DNA of 64,000 bases from Planctomycetota bacterium (GTDB lineage Bacteria > Planctomycetota > B15-G4), in NCBI GenBank assembly GCA_965248575.1, contig CBDFJQ010000002.1, positions 480,001 to 544,000 on the forward strand. Reading direction: 5' to 3'. The position numbers and the translations under genes are program-made. The notes below the pieces were generated by a model. That model ran no database searches and had not been told where the DNA came from. It saw only the letters and a program-made list of their open reading frames with translations. Below are positions 20,638 through 30,900 of this stretch, in pieces; positions within the stretch are counted from its first letter, which is position 1, and every line of letters begins with the position of its first letter.

Positions 20638-21304
20638 ATCCTTGACCGCGCAGGGTGTGGATGAGAGGCGTCTCGAAGGGCTTGTCGACCTTGTGGCGCA
20701 GGCGTCGGATGTGGACCTCGACGATGTTGGTGCCTGGGTCGAAGTCGATGTTCCAGACGGAATGCAGGAGATCGCTACGGGACACGGCTTCGCCGGCGTC
20801 TTCGAGCAAGCGTCGTAGCAAGGCCATCTCCACGCGGGTGAGATCGATCGCCACCCCCGCACGCTGCACGCTGCCCTTGCGGTGGTCGAGCACGAGATCC
20901 CCGACGCGGGATTCCATGCCAGGTCCGCGGCGGCGGAGCACGGCCTGGATCCGGGCGCACAGTTCGTTGAAGACGAACGGCTTGACGACGTAGTCATCGC
21001 CGCCCAGGTGCAGGCCCTTGATGCGCTCGTCCACGGCATCCCGCGCAGTCACCAGGATCACGGGCGTCTCCATGCCTTCGTTGCGCATGGTGGCCAACAG
21101 GTCCCAGCCGAGGATGTCAGGAAGCATGACGTCGAGCAGCACCATGTCGTAGGTGTTGGCTCTTAGCAGCTCCAGCGCCTCGGCGCCGTTCGCGGCGCTG
21201 TCGATGGACATGCCGGTTTCGACCAGCCCTGCCTCCAGGAAGCCCCGGATCTGGGGGTCGTCGTCAACGATGAGGATGTGTGCGGCCAGCGTATCGGGTG
21301 TCAT
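20615..21304 (-). CDS. OmpR-family response regulator (CusR-like)
   Basis: ILIVDDD, LLDVMLP, GGDDYVVKPF, NIVEVHIRRLR, IHTLRGQGY. Confidence 0.93.
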   Translation of the reverse strand: MTPDTLAAHILIVDDDPQIRGFLEAGLVETGMSIDSAANGAEALELLRANTYDMVLLDVMLPDILGWDLLATMRNEGMETPVILVTARDAVDERIKGLHLGGDDYVVKPFVFNELCARIQAVLRRRGPGMESRVGDLVLDHRKGSVQRAGVAIDLTRVEMALLRRLLEDAGEAVSRSDLLHSVWNIDFDPGTNIVEVHIRRLRHKVDKPFETPLIHTLRGQGYAIEDRS

Positions 21305-21444
21305 TCCGTCCAAACTGCCCTCTTGGGCATCGCGCGCACATGACGAGCCTGTCACTCAGCAGGAAAGCCTAGCAAGCGGCGGGTGCGGGTTCGCACACCC
21401 ATTGCGGCTACACATGCCCCTGAAGGGCGCGACAGCTGCTGGAG

Positions 21445-21891
21445 TCAGTTTCCGCGCCCCGCAGCGAAACGGATGCTCGTGAGGTCGCTCGCAAGACACG
21501 CGTCGACAACGCTGACCACTTGCCCGTGGCTGACATCCTGCTCGGCATGGATGACCAGTTGCGTCTCGGGGGCGTTGGACCCAGTGCGCGACAGGATGGC
21601 CGGTAGGCTCTCGACCGTGTAGGGGCCCGTGGAGCCCACCCGGACGCCGGTGCCATCCGGAGCGAGAGGGTCGCTGAACACCCAGAGGTCGATGGCCTCC
21701 AAGAGCACCACCACATCGCCCGCGTTGGGGCCGACGCCGGCTGGGAGTTCGGTGTCCAGGCGGCCTTGGATGACGCGGAAGGACATGGTGCAAACGAAGA
21801 AGATCAGCAGCAGGAACACCACATCGATCATGGGCATCAGATCGGGGGCTTCGGAGTGATCGGTCGCTGCATGAGACGATGCACGCTGCAT
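21445..21891 (-). CDS. exbD: ExbD/TolR family biopolymer transporter
   Basis: DLMPMIDVVFLLLIFF and VIHAEQDVSHGQVVSVVDAC. Confidence 0.85.
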   Translation of the reverse strand: MQRASSHAATDHSEAPDLMPMIDVVFLLLIFFVCTMSFRVIQGRLDTELPAGVGPNAGDVVVLLEAIDLWVFSDPLAPDGTGVRVGSTGPYTVESLPAILSRTGSNAPETQLVIHAEQDVSHGQVVSVVDACLASDLTSIRFAAGRGN

Positions 21892-22077
21892 GGCTGCAAC
21901 TCCGTCGAGAAGGGGCCCTCGTGGGGCACGGGCCGGGCCCAAGGCTCTCGTGGGACTGTAGGGCCGGCCCCCAGCGAGGTGACAGCTGAGCTGACAAGCG
22001 AGCTGGCCTGAAGACCCCGGGAAGTGACATGCTGGCCGTTCCCCCTTGAGTGTCCGGCGCCGACGCGGAGCAAGCCC

Positions 22078-23817
22078 ATGCCACCTCAGAACATCGTCGA
22101 TCCGCAGGCTTGGCAGTCCTTCTGCGTTGATTACCACCAGCACGCCCTCAAGGACCCCAACGCCTGTGTCGAGTTGGGTGTCGACCAGAGGCTGGGAGAG
22201 CTGAGGGATCCGTCTCTGGAGGCCGTGCGGGCCCACGTCTCTGAGGCAGAGGCCCTGTTGACGCGCGTCGAAGCGCTGAGGTCGGAAGCCGATGGAAACG
22301 GGCGCCCTGGCGACTTTGACACGACCCTCGATGCCGAGCTGGCCGCGCTCTCCCTGCGGGAGCAGATCCACAAGGACAGCTACCTCTTCAATGGACGAAA
22401 CCGCCTGGCGCAACAACCCAGCGCCGGGGACGACATCGGGGACGGGATGTTCCTGCAGTTCATCAACGACCCGCGTCCGGCGGAGGACCGGCTCTCCAGC
22501 ATCACCGAACGACTGGAGCAGGTGCCTGACTACTGCAACGCCCTGTTGGGGCGCCTCGACACGCCCCTGGCGCGCTGGGTGGACATGGACCTGGAGAAGG
22601 TTCGTGAGCTGCCCCAGCTCTTCGCGACCCTCCTGGGCTGGGCGAAAGAGGTGTCCTGGTCCGATGCCGGGCGCTTGATCCGAGCAGCGGAATCCGCGGA
22701 GGGAGCCCTGCACGGCTACTGCGAGGCCCTGTCCTCGATGCCCACCACGAAGCAGTTGCACATGGAGGAGGCCGACGCCCGCGCCATCGTCTCGCACCGG
22801 GGCATCGACAAGAGCCTCGAGTCACTGCACGGAATGGCGGCAGACTTCCTGGAGGAGACCGGGGCCACCATCGAGCAGCTGCGCTCGCGCCTGGTGCAGA
22901 AGTATGGGCTTCCGGCCAGCACGTCAGCGGATGAGCTGACGGTCTTCCTCGCCGATCGCTTCGCCGTGCCGCTGCCCACGGGGCAGCTCGAAGACATCCT
23001 GGATCGCTACCAGGAGGAACGACGCAAGATCACCGCGTTCATCGCGGAGCGCCGTTTGTTTCCGGTCCCGGACGACCAGGACATGGCCATCCTGCGCACG
23101 CCGACCTTCATGGCTCCCAGCATCCCGGCCGGCGCGATGATGGCACCGCCGCCTTTCCGCCCTGGAGTGCGCACGAGCCTGGTGTACTTGACCCTCTCCC
23201 AAGAGCTGGTCGCCGAGCACACCGAACTGTCGATCCCCGGCATGATGATCCACGAGGGGATTCCAGGACATCACCTGCAGCATTCCACGGCTGCCTGTCA
23301 CGCCTCCGTGATCCGGCGCCACTACAACGGCAGCCATCACTCCGAGGGCTGGACCACCATGCTCGAGGACTACATGCTCGACATGGGGTACATGGGGGAG
23401 CTGGAAGACGAGGCGCGCTTCGTCGGTAAACGCGACATCAGTCGCATTGGTGCCCGGGTTGCCATCGACCTGTTTTTCATGACCGGACAGAAGCAGTTTC
23501 TCGACGTCGGCGTGCCTTGCGACCTCTCCTCGCCGGACCCCTTCGTCGCCGCAGGCCACTTGCTGGCGGCCGTGACCGGCTTCGTCCCGGGACGAGTCGC
23601 CGCCGAGCTCAATTGGTACAGCCAAGAGCGTGGCTATCCCCTCAGCTACCTCACAGGCAACCGCATGGTCTGGGAGTTGAAGGATGATGTTCGGGCTGCC
23701 TCAGGGCTGACGGGCCTGGACCTCGACCGATCCTTCCACGAGCTCTATCTCGTGTCCGGGAATATGCCGTTGAGTTTCCTGCGTCGAGTGTTCAAGCATG
23801 AGGGGCTCCTGGGTTGA
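22078..23817 (+). CDS. DUF885 family protein (metallopeptidase-like)
   Basis: HEGIPGHHLQ...SEGW...SYLTG; no signal peptide. Confidence 0.8.
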   Translation: MPPQNIVDPQAWQSFCVDYHQHALKDPNACVELGVDQRLGELRDPSLEAVRAHVSEAEALLTRVEALRSEADGNGRPGDFDTTLDAELAALSLREQIHKDSYLFNGRNRLAQQPSAGDDIGDGMFLQFINDPRPAEDRLSSITERLEQVPDYCNALLGRLDTPLARWVDMDLEKVRELPQLFATLLGWAKEVSWSDAGRLIRAAESAEGALHGYCEALSSMPTTKQLHMEEADARAIVSHRGIDKSLESLHGMAADFLEETGATIEQLRSRLVQKYGLPASTSADELTVFLADRFAVPLPTGQLEDILDRYQEERRKITAFIAERRLFPVPDDQDMAILRTPTFMAPSIPAGAMMAPPPFRPGVRTSLVYLTLSQELVAEHTELSIPGMMIHEGIPGHHLQHSTAACHASVIRRHYNGSHHSEGWTTMLEDYMLDMGYMGELEDEARFVGKRDISRIGARVAIDLFFMTGQKQFLDVGVPCDLSSPDPFVAAGHLLAAVTGFVPGRVAAELNWYSQERGYPLSYLTGNRMVWELKDDVRAASGLTGLDLDRSFHELYLVSGNMPLSFLRRVFKHEGLLG

Positions 23818-23868
23818 CCGGCGCGCTACCCCCAGGGTTCTCGAACTGCCTGCGCCAAGGAGGCTGAC

Positions 23869-24804
23869 ATGGCTTCGGGCTCAAGCCGCGCGGGCAAGTC
23901 CTCGCCGCAGGATGCTGTGTTTCACGAGGAGGGCGGCCATCACCTGTGGTTGGAGTACGACCTCCGCGCAGGGGGCAGCGAGAAGGCCCTTCGTGCTGCG
24001 CTGCGGGAGTCGCTGCTTCGAGATGAGAGCGTTGCTCCCGAGCGCCAGCCGCAGCGTGTGATCGCCTTCGGCCCCGTGTTGTGGAGTCGACTGGCGCCCG
24101 ATGCCGTGCCCCAGGGACTGCATCTCTTCGAGGGCCTGGATGGGAAGGGGGGGCACCATGCTCCGCCAACGCCGCACGCCCTGTGGTTCTGGCTTCACGG
24201 CGGGCACCACGACGAAAACGTGGCTGCGGCCCGAGGCATACACGGGGCGCTGAAGAAGGTGGCAAGGCTCGCTGCAGAAGAACACGGGTTCCGATTTCGG
24301 GACTCCCGTGATCTCACGGGCTTCGTGGACGGCACCGCCAACCCCAAGGGCGCCGAGCGCCGGGAGGTCGCCTTGGTCCCGCGCGGAAAGCGCGGGGCCG
24401 GCGGAAGTCATGTCCTGGTCCAACGCTGGCTGCACGACCTGGCGGCCTTCGAGCAACTCACGGAGGCGCAGCAGTCCAAGGTGATCGGTCGCAAGAAGAG
24501 TACGAACGACGAGTTGTCTGGACGCGCCATGCCCGCCGACGCCCACGTGGCGCGCACCGACATCGAAGTGGACGGGCAAGCCCAGGCCATCTACCGCCGC
24601 AGCGCACCCTTCGGTGGAGTGCGCGAGCATGGGCTGATGTTCGTGGCCTTCTCCCGGGCATCGGCCCGCTTCGACGCCCTGTTGGAGAGCATGTTCGGTC
24701 TGAAGGACGGCGTGCAGGATCGCTTGCTCGAGTTCTCCCGGCCGACCAGCGGTGCCTACTACTTTGCACCGAGCAGCGGCGACCTCGAGCAGGCGCTCAG
24801 CTGA
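23869..24804 (+). CDS. Dye-decolorizing (DyP-type) peroxidase
   Basis: RDLTGFVDGTANP, VQRWLHDL, VIGRKK, AHVAR, IYRRSAPF, GAYYFAP. Confidence 0.93.
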   Translation: MASGSSRAGKSSPQDAVFHEEGGHHLWLEYDLRAGGSEKALRAALRESLLRDESVAPERQPQRVIAFGPVLWSRLAPDAVPQGLHLFEGLDGKGGHHAPPTPHALWFWLHGGHHDENVAAARGIHGALKKVARLAAEEHGFRFRDSRDLTGFVDGTANPKGAERREVALVPRGKRGAGGSHVLVQRWLHDLAAFEQLTEAQQSKVIGRKKSTNDELSGRAMPADAHVARTDIEVDGQAQAIYRRSAPFGGVREHGLMFVAFSRASARFDALLESMFGLKDGVQDRLLEFSRPTSGAYYFAPSSGDLEQALS

Positions 24805-24805
24805 G

Positions 24806-26215
24806 ATGAGCACGAACCCCGCATACCAGGCCATGGCGTCGGCCCGCGTGTTGGCTGCGTGCCTGGCGACGGTCTTGCTGGCGTCCTGCTCGGAGTCGGC
24901 CACTCCCAAGCCGCCGAACCTGTTGCTGATCACCCTGGACACCCTGCGCCAGGACCACTGCTCGGTCTATGGCTACGACCTGCCCACGACACCCAACCTA
25001 GAGAGCTTCGCCCGCACCGGCCTTCGCTTTGACCAGGCCTTCGCTCCCATGGCAACAACGGGTCCGACACACGCCAGCTTGTTCACGGGTCTCTATCCCG
25101 TGGCCCATCGCATCGTGAAGAACGGGCTCTTCCTGGATGATGAGCACGACACCCTGGCCGAGCAGCTGCAGGCCGAGGGCTGGCGCACGGCCGGCATCAC
25201 CAGCTCGTTCGTGCTCGATGAACGCTTCGGCTATTCCCAGGGTTTCCAGGCCTGGCAGGACGAGTTCACGCAGCGTGGGTCCTCGACCCACATGCCGGAT
25301 TGGGAGGGGCACAAGGTGACGGGTGGCTTCGACCGCCGCGCGGACGCTGCGACGCGTCGGGCCGTGCGTTGGTTGGAGCGTCATGCAGTCCCAGGCAACG
25401 ACACGAGCCGTGGCGACGATGCCCAACCCTTCTTCTTGTTCGTGCATTACTTCGATCCGCACAACCCTTATGACCCGCCGCCAGAATTCGATGCGCAGTA
25501 CGCGCCCCGCGGCCCCAGTCCCCTGCAAGATGCCATCGCCCGGTACGACGCCGAGATCGCCTTCACGGACCAGCAGGTCGGCGCCTTGCTCGACTCGTTG
25601 CGCCGCCTGGGACTGGACGACAACACACTGGTGGTGATCACCGGAGATCATGGGGAAGAGCTCATGGAGCACGGCCACATGGAGCACGGCGTGCACGTGT
25701 ACGACGAGACGGTCCACGTACCGCTGCTTGCACGCTGGCCGGGGCGGCTCCCTGCGGGTCGGGTCGTGGCCGAGCCCGTGGAGGTAGTGGACCTCGCTCC
25801 GACACTGCTGTCCCTGCTGGGGGCCCCGGCCCTGGGTCGGGCTCAGGGGCGTGACCTTGCCTCGGGATGGCTGGGCCAGACGGGTTTCGATGCCGATCAC
25901 CCGGTCTTCCTGCACCGTCGTCACTATGAGCCGGGGATGGAGGGGACGATTCCCGTGGCAGGGGAGAAGCTCGCCGTACGCCTCGGAGGCTGGAAGTACA
26001 TCGTGGGTGACGCAGAGGGTACGCGCGAACTCTACGACCTTACGGCGGATCCGGACGAGCGCTACAACCTCGAGGCCGAACGGCCGGAGCAGGCGGCCAA
26101 GCTGGCTGCGCGTCTAGCTGCCTGGCTGCAGAGCACGGCCCGCCAGGCCGATGCGTCCGGCCAGCTTTCGGAGGAAGATCTGCTGCGGTTAGAGGCCCTC
26201 GGCTACACGAAATGA
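24806..26215 (+). CDS. Sulfatase-like (alkaline phosphatase superfamily) lipoprotein
   Basis: PNLLLITLDTLR, TGPTHASLFTG, HYFDPH, TGDHGE, ELYDL..DPDE, LEALGY; lipobox LLASC. Confidence 0.9.
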   Translation: MSTNPAYQAMASARVLAACLATVLLASCSESATPKPPNLLLITLDTLRQDHCSVYGYDLPTTPNLESFARTGLRFDQAFAPMATTGPTHASLFTGLYPVAHRIVKNGLFLDDEHDTLAEQLQAEGWRTAGITSSFVLDERFGYSQGFQAWQDEFTQRGSSTHMPDWEGHKVTGGFDRRADAATRRAVRWLERHAVPGNDTSRGDDAQPFFLFVHYFDPHNPYDPPPEFDAQYAPRGPSPLQDAIARYDAEIAFTDQQVGALLDSLRRLGLDDNTLVVITGDHGEELMEHGHMEHGVHVYDETVHVPLLARWPGRLPAGRVVAEPVEVVDLAPTLLSLLGAPALGRAQGRDLASGWLGQTGFDADHPVFLHRRHYEPGMEGTIPVAGEKLAVRLGGWKYIVGDAEGTRELYDLTADPDERYNLEAERPEQAAKLAARLAAWLQSTARQADASGQLSEEDLLRLEALGYTK

Positions 26216-26361
26216 AGGGGCTGGGCCCGAGCCCCCGGGCTGGCTTCTGCGCGGGACTCCTGCAGCGCGCTGGGCCGCTGCCAGCGATCTTCCTGGGGAC
26301 CTCTGCCAGCTGCTGACGGGCCCGTGGTGCAAGTGCCATACTGCCGCGCCCGATTCTCGAA

Positions 26362-27903
26362 GTGAGCTGCACCGTGACCTTGCTGGATTGCTCTTCCGTC
26401 CGCCGCCTGGCCTGCCTGGGTGTCTTGGGCTGGGTCGTGGGCGTGTCGTCCTCCTGTCGTGCTCCGGCTGGCCCGGCACCCTTCGAACTGCCCCGCCTGC
26501 AGGTTTCCACGAGCCACCGATTCGGGGCTCTCTTGAGCGGAGCGATCCCCAGCGCCGAGGTGCGCGAGGAAGGTCGCGACTTGCAGGGGCCCGACCTCGC
26601 CGTCAGTGTGCGCTGGTTCGTGCTGGGTGAGTTGCCACAGGGCTTGGGGGCAGAGGGTCTGGCCACACACGCCGAGGTCGTCGCGCGCGTGGGTGGCGGG
26701 CGTGCCTTGGCTCCGACCCCGCGTCTCGGGCGATACGCCGTGGTCCTCTCACCGGAGCAGGGAGGCGACCCGGTCGCGCAGCTTCAGCAGCTCCTGCCGC
26801 AGCGGATCCAAGAAGTGCCGTCCCTACCTGCTGCGCTCGCCGCCGGCCTAACGGCTGCTTTCGAACTCTCGGACCCCGCCGCCGCTCGCCTGTTGGAGCG
26901 GGGTGTGGCGGGAACGGCTTCTGTGCGGGTGTTGGTGCATGCGGGCATGACGGACCCTGCAGGGCCTCCCGCAGTGCGCGTTGCCCTCGAGCTCACCGGT
27001 TGGTTGCCTCAGCAGGCGCTGGATGAAGACAGCGGGCAGGGGGCAGCGACGTCCTCTCGGCGAGCGGCTCCCCAAGCCAGCAGCTCGTCTGCGTCCGAGG
27101 CTGAGATCGTGGAGCCCTTCCGCGAACTGATCGTCCTGGCTGACAGCGTTCCGGTAGACGGCACAGGTCTGCTGCTGGCCTTGCCGCTCAGTTTCGCCAG
27201 TGGTACGGCACAGGGAGTTGCTGTCCTGCTCGACGTGCGTTCAGCCCCGACGCATGAGGTGGACCCGGGAGGGCTCTTTGCCGAAGCCCTGGACAGACGG
27301 CGCAGCGAGTTGGACAGCGCCGTGTCGGCACCCGAAGCCAGCGCTGCCACCTTTGTGGGATTGACCGAGGCGTTCGTGAGTCTGGAGACGCCGTCGATGT
27401 GCCGGGCGGCACTGGCACACCTCGCACGACGGACCCACGCGAAGCTCACGGCTGACGTCGCGTTGGTTGTCCAGCAGGAGTTGCTGGATGACTATGTGGC
27501 GCAGTTCCTGGAGTCGAACCCACAGGGCCCGGAGCCCGGAGACGATGGTCGGCGCCTGGGTTGGGCCCTCGAACGGCAGACTCTTCAGTGGTTCTCCGTG
27601 CAGCTGACGCAGACGGCACCCCAGCTCGGGCTGGAGGCTGTGCTGCTGAGACACCTCGGCGAGACGGCCCGTCATCCCTCCTATGTGAAGCGCCTCGCAG
27701 ATCGCGTCGGGAGCCTGGAGGAGTTGGATGAGCGCATGGTCGAGCAGAACCTGATCTGGTTGGAGGACCCGTCGCCGGCTGCGCGCATCCGAGCCTTTGA
27801 TTGGCTCACAGAGCGGGGCAGGGCACCGCCAGACTTCGACCCGCTCGGCGCGCGCAGCGATCGTCGCGCCGCCTTGGCTGCCTTCCGAAAGGCCCAGTCC
27901 TGA
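26362..27903 (+). CDS. Hypothetical protein, possible lipoprotein
   Basis: Long ORF with hydrophobic N-terminus ending SSSC; TGATG overlap with the next gene. Confidence 0.65.
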   Translation: MSCTVTLLDCSSVRRLACLGVLGWVVGVSSSCRAPAGPAPFELPRLQVSTSHRFGALLSGAIPSAEVREEGRDLQGPDLAVSVRWFVLGELPQGLGAEGLATHAEVVARVGGGRALAPTPRLGRYAVVLSPEQGGDPVAQLQQLLPQRIQEVPSLPAALAAGLTAAFELSDPAAARLLERGVAGTASVRVLVHAGMTDPAGPPAVRVALELTGWLPQQALDEDSGQGAATSSRRAAPQASSSSASEAEIVEPFRELIVLADSVPVDGTGLLLALPLSFASGTAQGVAVLLDVRSAPTHEVDPGGLFAEALDRRRSELDSAVSAPEASAATFVGLTEAFVSLETPSMCRAALAHLARRTHAKLTADVALVVQQELLDDYVAQFLESNPQGPEPGDDGRRLGWALERQTLQWFSVQLTQTAPQLGLEAVLLRHLGETARHPSYVKRLADRVGSLEELDERMVEQNLIWLEDPSPAARIRAFDWLTERGRAPPDFDPLGARSDRRAALAAFRKAQS

Positions 27904-30900
27904 TGAGCGCTTCCTCGCCCCAAGCTCAAGCGCTGAAGACGCTGAGCGTTCAGCCTCGCAAGAAGCGCAGCCGCCTACGCCGCGTGCTGATCGTGTTGGC
28001 TGTGATCCTGTTGGTTGCGCGCCTGAGCTTGAGCGTGATGCTCCCGGGTCTTGTTGCCGGCCTCGCCGAGGATTCAGGCCTGACATGTTCTTGGCGCTCC
28101 CTGGAACTCTCGTTCTTTGGCGGCGAGTTGGAGCTCTGGCATCTCACCTTGGACGAAGACCCTGGGCAGACAGGGGCTTCGCCGGACGTGGGGGACGAGA
28201 ACGCCTTGCTGTTCTTGGAATACGTGCGGGCCGACGTGGCGATGCTGCACCTCTTCGTGGGTGAGCTGGTGGTGCGCCGGGTCGAAGCAGACGGTGTGGA
28301 CGTGTTGCTGGAGTTGGATGAAAACGGTCAACCCAGGATCCTGGAGACGTTGGCTCGCGCCGAGGCGGCGGGAGACACGAGAGCCGAAGAGCCCGAGCCG
28401 GGACGCAGCGCCGAGGTCGCCCGAGGCGAGCCTGGCAAGGTCCCGAAGAACGGTGGGGAGCAGCTCACTGAGCCCGAAGCCTTCGATCCTGACGAACCCC
28501 TGCCGGCCCTCCTCCCAGCCATCGAGTTGGACGCCCTGCGTTTGCAGCATGTGCAGCTGCGGGTGCGCGAAACGGAGGGGGCGTCGCCCTTGGATCTCGG
28601 GCTTTCCCTGAACCTCCGGGTGTCCGACCTCTCGGCGCCGGAGCGTTCCACACGCCTCGAATTGACGATCCAGGCGTTGCCCACCCTTGATGTCTTGAGT
28701 GTCCGTGGCGAGATGAACGCCGTCGGGCGCACCCTGGACGCGCAGTTGCGCGTGGACATGCAGGGGCTGCAGTTGAGCACGCTCGGGCAGATCCTGGCGC
28801 CTCTCGGTGTGGAGCCCGTTGCCTTCCAGCAGGACTTCGGGTTCTCCGCAGCCGTTCATGTGCGACCGGCGGAGGGTGCGGGCAAAGAAGGAACGGGTCT
28901 CTCGCCCTTGGCCCTGGCCGTGTCGGCTCAGCTTGACGACCTCGCGCTGTCCGCTGATGGGGTGGAGTCTGCGGCGATCGACCAGGTGCTCGTGGAGGTT
29001 GCTGCACTGGATGGCGGAATGCTGGACGTGAGTCGCGTGCTCGTGCAGGGCGTTCGTGCCCACGCAGAGCTGCGGCCTTCTGGAGCACTGCGGGTGGCCG
29101 GGGTCGACCTTGGGCCCACGGCGGGCTCTGGGCGAGCCAAGCCGGAGCCGATCGAAGACGAGCCGCAGACCGACGCGGGGGCTGGGATGCAGTTGGCCCG
29201 CCTGAACGAGCTGGGGGTGCACGATCTGGAGCTGCGGTTCGTGGATTCCTCACTGCCTGACGCCCGGTCATTCGTGCTGAGCATGCCAGGCTTGGAGATC
29301 ATGGGTCTCAACGCCCAGGCGCCCGAAGAGGAGGCTCGCCTTTCGGTAGAACTTCTTTTGCCAGGCATCCTGGATCGCGTGTCGGTGATCGGCGCCCTGG
29401 CGCCCTTCGCCACTCCGCAGCGCTACACCCTGGCTGTAGATGGTGCGGGTCTGAACCCCGTCGCTCTGGACCCCTATCTCGGGCCGGCAGGCATCACACC
29501 CGACGGGGAACCGACGCAGCTACGCTTCGAGCTGGGTGCCGAGCTGAGCTCCGACGACACGGGCGTGGCAGCGGAGGCCTGGCTCAGGGATCTGTCCCTC
29601 CAAGGCGCCGAAACGTGGCTCGCCCTGGGCGAGGTGGCGCTGAGCGGCGTGCAGAAGCCAGCGGCTGGAGACAGCCTGCGCGTTGCGGAAGTTCGGGTGA
29701 GCGGGGGGCGGGTGTTTGCACGTCGTTCTCTCGACGGAAGCCTGGCGCTGTTCGGGATGCGAATGGGAGAGGCGCCAGCTGGCGATCCGTCGCGCTCCGC
29801 TGACGTCTCCGAGCCGCTCTCTGCGAACGCGCGGGCAGCGGGTTCCACACCAGGGTCTGCTGCGAGGACGGCTGTGACGGTGCCGGCGACGGCGGATCCT
29901 GGATCGGGTTCTGGATTCCGTCTCGAGCTGGGCCGCCTGCTTCTCAACGATCACGCTGTGGTCTTCGACGACGAACGTTACGGCCCCCTGAGCTTGGAGC
30001 ACGTGCGGGCCGTGGCGGGCCCGCTCCAATTCGGTCCGGGCGCCCTGGCTGGGACGAGCCAATTGCTGTTGAGCGGCGAGCTACCGGGCATCCTTGAGAA
30101 ACTCAAGCTGTCTGGCGAGCTGCTGACGAGCGAATCTCGGCTGGAACTGGGCCTGGATGTGGGCCTGAGCGGCATCACCGCCCAGGCTCTGGCGCCCTAT
30201 CTCGAACCCGCTGGGGTCGTGTCTGAACTCGAGGCAGGGCGCGTGACGGCCCGCGTGGATGTGGGCGTGGGTCTGCCCGACGAGCTGGCGGGGCGTGGCC
30301 TCACGTTGGACGCAAGAGTCTCGGATATCGTGTATGGCGATGGTGAACAACGCTTCCTCTCCGTCTCCGAACTGCGGGTGGATGGGCTGGAGGCAAGCAG
30401 AGGGCGCTTGGACCTGGCCCGGGTCGCTGTAGTGGGGCCGGTGCTCCGCGCTCGGCGTGCAGCGGACGGCAGCTTGGAGGTAGGAGGATTCCGGCTGGGT
30501 GAAGCTGCTGCTGAATCGGGTCGTGAACCTGATTCCGAGCCGGCTGCCGAACCGGGAACGTCCGAGGCGTCGCCGACATCAACAGCTCAGACCACGGCCC
30601 CGTCCCCGGCGACGGTCACAAGTCTTGATCGCCTGGATGTGAGCGGCGCCCGGGTGGAGTGGCAGGACGCAGGCGTCCAGCCGGCGGTCCAGCTTCAGGC
30701 GTCCTTGGATGCCCATGTGACCCAGCTGGTCTTGGGCGAGCGGGCGAGTCCGGCGGAGTACGCGTTGACGCTGGGTCTTCCTGGCCTGATGGAACGGCTG
30801 TCCTTGACGGGCCAGATCGCAGCCGGACCAGAGCAGCAACGTGTGCAGACAGTGCTCGATGTGCAGGGGCTCCAGGTGCGAGGCGTGCAGAGCTATCTGC

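Noticed and set aside
23869..24804. DyP as encapsulin cargo
   Set aside because: No C-terminal targeting peptide and no encapsulin gene nearby.
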